A stretch of DNA of 11,104 nucleotides from positions 1-11,104 of the forward strand of contig CBDETY010000002.1 of the NCBI GenBank assembly GCA_965243025.1. The letters are read 5' to 3'. The translations under genes and the position numbers were made by a program. This document shows, piece after piece, positions 6,631-11,104 of this stretch. The DNA comes from Candidatus Latescibacterota bacterium. Its GTDB lineage: Bacteria > Latescibacterota > UBA2968 > UBA8231. Numbering within the stretch: the stretch's first letter is position 1; each line of letters opens with the position of its first letter. The notes under the pieces were generated by a model. The model was not told where the DNA came from and did not search any database. It was given only the letters and a program-made list of their open reading frames with translations.

Positions 6631-9543
6631 ATGAACGAGGTTGCCTTCAACGCCCGCCTGGCCGGGGTGCTGGAGACCAAGCACCCGGGTTGGCGCGGCC
6701 ACATCCGCGCCGAGTCACGGGGGGTTGTCCGGTCCGGTCTGCAGCCGGACTTGGTCCTTCATCCGCCCGGGGCCGCACCGGTGGTGCTTGAGACGGAGTT
6801 CGCGCCAGCCGCAGGAGTAGAGGACGACGCCCGACGCCGACTGGGAGAAGAGCTGGCCACGACCGGCGATCGGATCGAGCAGGCCATCGCCGTCCGGATT
6901 CCGCAGGTCCTGAGACGGGTTGAGACGGGTGTCGCAGAGCTGGATCGGGAGATCGAGCACGCCTCCTTCCGCTACTGCACGTTCTCTTCCCATGCCAGCG
7001 ACGTCTCCCCGGTCCGCTGGCCGAGCGAAGGCTGGCTCGAGGGCGGCATCGACGACTTGGCCGTCTGCCTTGAGACCGTCTCCCTGTCAGAGCAGAGGGT
7101 AGCCCAGGGGGTGGACACCCTGGAGCGAGGGATCGCCGAGGCCAGCGGGGCCCTGCGCCGCACGGCGGGCTCCCACGCAGCTGAGACGATGGCCGAGGAA
7201 CTGTATCAGGAGGACAGCGAGCAGACCTCCCGCATGGCCATGGCCATCGTCGCCAACGCCCTGGTCTTCCACACGGCGCTCGTCGAGCCCCACGGCATCG
7301 AAACCATCGACGAGCTGCGCACGTCGCGCGGGGAGGTCAGCAAGCCGCGGTTGCTGGCCTGTTGGAAACGCATCCTCCGGGAGATCAACTACTACCCCAT
7401 CTTCAAGATCGCCTCCCGCCTGCTGTGGCCGATCCCCAACGGTACCGCGAACGCGGTCCTCGACCGGCTGGCGGTGACGGCCAGCGACCTGGCCAGCCTG
7501 GGGGCCACGACCCTGCACGACCTGTCGGGACGCATGTTCCAACGGCTGATCGCCGACCGCAAGTTCCTGGCCACCTTCTACACGCTGCCGGAATCGGCCT
7601 CCCTGCTCGCCGAGCTGGCCGTGGCCCGCCTCGAGGATCGGGATTGGTCGGAACCAGACACGCTCACGTCGCTCAGGATCGCGGACCTGGCCTGCGGCAC
7701 GGGTGCCCTGCTGTCGGCCTCGTACCGGGCCCTGGCGCAACGCCATCGCCGGACAGGCGGCGACGACGAAGGCTTGCACCGGGCCATGATCGAGAAGGCC
7801 CTCGTGGCGGCCGACATCATGCCGGCGGCCACCCACCTGACCGCCTCGATGCTGTCGAGCGCCCACCCGGCCATCACCTTCCGTCGCACCCAGGTACACA
7901 CCATGGCCTACGGACGGCAGGAGCACCAAGGGCGAGAGGAGGTCATCTCCTTGGGGAGCCTCGACCTGATCGAGGAGAGTGCCGCGCCGTCCCTGTTCGG
8001 AACCGGCATCGGGGTAGCCCACGGGGCTGGCGCCACGGTGGAGACACCCACCAGCGACCTGGTGCTGATCCGTGGAACGGCCGACCTGGTCATCATGAAT
8101 CCCCCCTTCACGCGGCCCACCAACCACGAGAGGCGATTGCCGGTGCCCGTGCCCTCGTTTGCCGGGTTCGGCAACGCCGCCGAGGAACAGCGGGCGATGA
8201 GCACCCGGCTGAAGGGGATCTACACTCGACTCCGGTCCAAGGGAGCTCCGGCCGGCCACGGCAACGCTGGGCTGGCCTCCAACTTCATCGACCTCGCCCA
8301 CGCCAAGATCAAGCCGGGCGGCGTCCTGGCCCTGGTACTGCCGTCTGCGTTTGTGAACGGAAGCTCCTGGGGCCCTGCCCGCGCCTTGCTCCAACGCGAG
8401 TACGAGGACCTCGCCGTGCTGACCATCGCGGCCCACGGTTCGACCGACCGGGCCTTCTCGGCCGACACGGGCATGGCCGAGGCCCTCGTGGTGGCCACCA
8501 AACGCCGGGGGCCGCGACGAAGGGAGAACGCACTGTTCGTCAACCTTCGGCATCGGCCGCGCAGCCTCGCGGAGGCGTTCGAGATGGCCCAGGCGGTGCG
8601 CCGCCTACCCCCGCAGCACCAGGGCCAGCTGCGCGTGGGCACCCACGAGATCGTCGGCACCTACATCCGCGCCCCCTTGAACCAAGGCGGCTGCGCGGCC
8701 TTACGGGAGACGACGCTGGCCGAGACCGCCATCGACCTGACGAGAACGGGCACGCTCCGCTTGCCGCGAGGATTCTCGGCACGACTTCCCACGACGGCCC
8801 TGGAGGTGCTCGGCCGCCCTGGGCTATACCACATCGACATCAACGGCTACCACACCGACAGGAGCCCTCGAGGCCCGTTCGACATCATCCCCGTTCAGGG
8901 AGTGCGTCCGCAGTATCCGGCCCTGTGGAGCCACGACGCCGGCCGGGAGCGGCGCCTCGTCGTCGAACCCGACACCGAAGGGGTGGCACGTCCGGACTGC
9001 GAAGACCGCGCCGCAGCGGCCTGGAGGCGGACGGCCTCGCAGCTGCACTTCACCCTCGACTTCCAGCTCAACTCGCAGGCCCTGGCTGCCTGCGTCACGC
9101 CGGGGAAAGCCATCGGCGGGAGGGCGTGGCCCAACTTCCTTCCGGCGCAGGCCGAGTGGACCTGGCCCCTGGTCCTGTGGGCCAACACGACTCTGGGGAT
9201 GCTCGCCTTCTGGTGGATCGGCACTCGCCAGCAGCAGGGCCGGGCAATCCTGACGATCACGCAGTTACCCCGCCTGACGGTCCTGGATCCCCGAGCCCTC
9301 AGTCAGGACCAGCTCGACCGCGCCAAGGTCCTGTTCGAGCGGTTCTCAGGGGAGACGTTCCTGCCGGCCAACGAGGCATACCGGGACCCGGTGCGCCAGG
9401 GCCTCGACCGCGCTGTCCTGGTGGAACTGCTGGAGTTGTCTGGAGAGGTTCTCGAACCGCTCGCCGTCCTTCGCGACCAGTGGTGCGGGGAGCCGAGCGT
9501 GCACGGGGGCAAGAAGACGCGGATCAGAAAACCGGAACACTGA
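6631..9543 (+). CDS. Single-chain Type IIG-like restriction-modification enzyme (nuclease, amino-methyltransferase, target recognition domain)
   Basis: N-terminal QPDLVL..VVLETE (PD-(D/E)xK-like); gamma-class MTase order TFYT (X), DLACGTG (I), ADIMP (II), NPPF (IV), FSADT (VIII); about 300-aa C-terminal region consistent with a TRD. Confidence 0.85.
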   Translation: MNEVAFNARLAGVLETKHPGWRGHIRAESRGVVRSGLQPDLVLHPPGAAPVVLETEFAPAAGVEDDARRRLGEELATTGDRIEQAIAVRIPQVLRRVETGVAELDREIEHASFRYCTFSSHASDVSPVRWPSEGWLEGGIDDLAVCLETVSLSEQRVAQGVDTLERGIAEASGALRRTAGSHAAETMAEELYQEDSEQTSRMAMAIVANALVFHTALVEPHGIETIDELRTSRGEVSKPRLLACWKRILREINYYPIFKIASRLLWPIPNGTANAVLDRLAVTASDLASLGATTLHDLSGRMFQRLIADRKFLATFYTLPESASLLAELAVARLEDRDWSEPDTLTSLRIADLACGTGALLSASYRALAQRHRRTGGDDEGLHRAMIEKALVAADIMPAATHLTASMLSSAHPAITFRRTQVHTMAYGRQEHQGREEVISLGSLDLIEESAAPSLFGTGIGVAHGAGATVETPTSDLVLIRGTADLVIMNPPFTRPTNHERRLPVPVPSFAGFGNAAEEQRAMSTRLKGIYTRLRSKGAPAGHGNAGLASNFIDLAHAKIKPGGVLALVLPSAFVNGSSWGPARALLQREYEDLAVLTIAAHGSTDRAFSADTGMAEALVVATKRRGPRRRENALFVNLRHRPRSLAEAFEMAQAVRRLPPQHQGQLRVGTHEIVGTYIRAPLNQGGCAALRETTLAETAIDLTRTGTLRLPRGFSARLPTTALEVLGRPGLYHIDINGYHTDRSPRGPFDIIPVQGVRPQYPALWSHDAGRERRLVVEPDTEGVARPDCEDRAAAAWRRTASQLHFTLDFQLNSQALAACVTPGKAIGGRAWPNFLPAQAEWTWPLVLWANTTLGMLAFWWIGTRQQQGRAILTITQLPRLTVLDPRALSQDQLDRAKVLFERFSGETFLPANEAYRDPVRQGLDRAVLVELLELSGEVLEPLAVLRDQWCGEPSVHGGKKTRIRKPEH

Positions 9544-9570
9544 AAGGGTCGTTGACCTTACCGCGAGCCA

Positions 9571-9610
9571 AGATGGATCGCTCACTATAGATGGATCGCT
9601 CACTCACTAT
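9571..9610 (+). repeat. 18-bp tandem duplication
   Basis: AGATGGATCGCTCACTAT (9571-9588) then AGATGGATCGCTCACT-CACT-AT (9589-9610); the second copy has an extra CACT. Confidence 0.9.
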
Positions 9611-9628
9611 ATTTGAGGAATATCTCTC

Positions 9629-9868
9629 ATGGAAAGCTCAGAGAATCTACTACTCCGCATCCTAGAAAACAGGATCTTCATAGGCGCCCTGTTCTCTATC
9701 CAGAAGGACGCTGACATTGCCCTCATGATACAGGGATTGCAAGATCCGACACTCGATGCTCGCTTGGAAGCCGAGTTTGGGCCTACTGCGGCCAAGTTCA
9801 CAGCTGATGCTGTTCAGGCTGTAACGAAGAATCTTCGGGAGATTCTTCATCAAAGAAGCCAATGGTAA
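9629..9868 (+). CDS. Hypothetical protein (79 aa), AT-richer than its neighbours
   Basis: GAGGA RBS upstream of ATG; amphipathic helical sequence; many A/T-ending codons. Confidence 0.6.
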   Translation: MESSENLLLRILENRIFIGALFSIQKDADIALMIQGLQDPTLDARLEAEFGPTAAKFTADAVQAVTKNLREILHQRSQW

Positions 9869-9974
9869 GGATCGGCCTCACGAAGGTCACAATTGCCTCT
9901 CCTACGAGAGCCTTCTGAGAGTTGACAGGGGGTATGCCTGCATGAGCACCCCTGATCTGCGGATCATCCATGGC

Positions 9975-10002
9975 TTGACTCCACCGGAAATGGGGTTAGA
10001 TT
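9975..10002 (+). promoter_or_regulatory. Putative sigma70-type promoter
   Basis: TTGACT (9975-9980), 16-nt spacer, TAGATT (9997-10002). Confidence 0.5.
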
Positions 10003-10035
10003 GCGCTCATTCCCGGGAAGTCATGTGGTTGCGAG

Positions 10036-10075
10036 GCGCCGTCCATTTTCCATGAATGGGCGGCGCTTTCCTTTT
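10036..10075 (+). terminator. Rho-independent terminator
   Basis: GCGCCGTCCATT-ttccatg-AATGGGCGGCGC (12-bp stem, one G.U pair) followed by TTTCCTTTT. Confidence 0.8.
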
Positions 10076-10142
10076 GAGCAGGTCACGCCTGAACTCAAAC
10101 TCACGTTACGGATCTTGGCCGCCGGGTGCAATGGGATCTGCC

Positions 10143-10526
10143 CTACTGGACCCAGGGGACAGAAGCGGAGTTACTATCGAATGTTGTGGACCGGGTAGCC
10201 GGCCCACCGGGTAGACGGTAGAAAGGAAGAGAGCGTATCCTCAGGCCGGGGGTGACGGTGACCTGGACCCGTCGGTCGCCGCCGTCGACGCGCGGGATCG
10301 TGGAGCTCAGGTCGAGCCGGTGCCAGGTGCCGTCGGCCACCAGGTCCAGCTCGGAAGGCGACGGCGACAGGGCCGCCCGAATGGGGGGCGCGAGCGGTTC
10401 CCCGATGTTCCAGGGATTGCCCGATTCGGCCGCGTAGAGGAAGCGGCCCAAATGCTTCAGGTCGTCCCAATCGTTGTCGCCGTCGCGGTCGATGTCGAGC
10501 AGGTCGAAATCGTAGTGCTCGGCCAT
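10143..10526 (-). CDS. Hypothetical protein with EF-hand/dockerin-like Ca-binding loop; probably 3'-truncated
   Basis: DIDRDGDNDWDDL matches DxDxDGxxDxxD; G/C-ending codons until about 10240, then the frame runs into unrelated AT-richer sequence. Confidence 0.65.
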   Translation of the reverse strand: MAEHYDFDLLDIDRDGDNDWDDLKHLGRFLYAAESGNPWNIGEPLAPPIRAALSPSPSELDLVADGTWHRLDLSSTIPRVDGGDRRVQVTVTPGLRIRSLPFYRLPGGPATRSTTFDSNSASVPWVQ

Positions 10527-10862
10527 GTAGGTCGTTCATGCGCCATGCTCCTTCGCAAGATGTCCACGACTTTGCTGGACCGGCCCCCTCGGGCGGGGCG
10601 GCTTGGGCAATGATACCGGGATCGCCCGGGCGGAAAAAGGCCGCGTAGGCGCTCGCCGGGAGCCGGAGGCGGCGCGGTTGCTGGCGGCTGCCGACCCGCC
10701 GTAGGAGCCGCCCAAGGGCGTCGCTGTGGCCTTCGAGGGGCCCGCCCGGCTCAGGGCGGGCGCGGGCCAGCTCGGGCCACGGCGGGCAGGATCTCGCTAT
10801 TGGGATCGGCGGTTCCCCGGCCCCCCGGAGCCCCGAGCCGTGACTCGCGGTTGAGCCACGGA

Positions 10863-10982
10863 ATGATCGATCACGACGCCCGCCTCGGCAGCCTGGAGGC
10901 GGGCAGATCGGTCCTGCTGGTCCTCGAACGAGGAGCTCCGCGTGGAGCGGGTCTTCCTCCAGGGCGGGAGATCGATCGCCAG
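10863..10982 (+). pseudogene. Degraded C-terminal end of an amidohydrolase (NagA-like) gene
   Basis: Stitching frames gives DARLGSLEAGRSVLLVL / NEELRVERVFLQG / REIDR, matching the amidohydrolase tail GsLe.Gk.ADlvvld.el.v..v...G; two frame changes near 10927 and 10964. Confidence 0.6.
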
Positions 10983-10986
10983 CAGC

Positions 10987-11088
10987 GGCGATCATCACCG
11001 CCTGGGCTGGGACGGCCGCGACGACACTCTACCGTCTGGTGACGGCCGAGGGAGCGACGACTGCAGCAAGCTGACCCTGCTGCGGTGA
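10987..11088 (+). pseudogene. Degraded C-terminal end of a FlgD-Ig/T9SS-like sorting domain
   Basis: GDHHRLGWDGRDD / LYRLVTAEGATT / KLTLLR* matches G.h...WDGrd..G..l.SGvYlyrL......rKl.llr; the middle GxxxxSGvY part is missing and frames are shifted. Confidence 0.65.
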
Positions 11089-11104
11089 GTCGCCGTCCCG
11101 CTCC

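Noticed and set aside
6972-9512. Series of - strand ORFs and the 742-aa + strand ORF 7362-9590 overlapping the RM gene
   Set aside because: Shadow frames expected in high-GC coding DNA; low-complexity Arg/Pro/Gly/Ser translations with no motifs.
9571-9610. CRISPR array or iterons
   Set aside because: Only two abutting 18-bp units, with no spacers and no cas or rep gene.
10001-10198. 65-aa ORF starting at TTG 10001
   Set aside because: Its start lies within the putative -10 box and it runs through a terminator.
10610-10637. Minus-strand promoter (TATCAT) for the EF-hand gene
   Set aside because: The -10 is plausible but there is no convincing -35 or extended -10.
10174-11042. ORFs 10174-10998 (-) and 10800-11042 (+) as intact genes
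   Set aside because: Low-complexity translations; only part of the + ORF is meaningful, and that part is explained by the amidohydrolase remnant.

Overview
High-GC accessory island with nearly all genes on the + strand. Left to right: the 3' end of an upstream gene; a pentapeptide-repeat protein with a ~85-aa C-terminal domain ('domain X'); a secreted Ala-rich helical protein; a multi-TM GT-C/TMTC-like glycosyltransferase with TPRs; a stand-alone second copy of domain X running directly into a start-less Zn-finger/HTH frame; a thermonuclease 3' fragment; a structured leader and a chain of ATGA-coupled small ORFs; a single-chain Type IIG-like restriction-modification enzyme; an AT-richer patch with a small ORF and a promoter-terminator unit that may be an sRNA; a probably truncated EF-hand/dockerin-like gene on the - strand; and degraded 3' ends of an amidohydrolase and a FlgD-Ig/T9SS-like tail. 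The most notable signal is domain X, present once fused to a pentapeptide beta-helix and once free beside a Zn-finger/HTH frame. Several small genes look broken by single-base frameshifts while the long genes are intact. No integrase, transposase, reverse transcriptase, tRNA, rRNA or CRISPR array was recognised. All family calls come from reading motifs by eye, with no database search.
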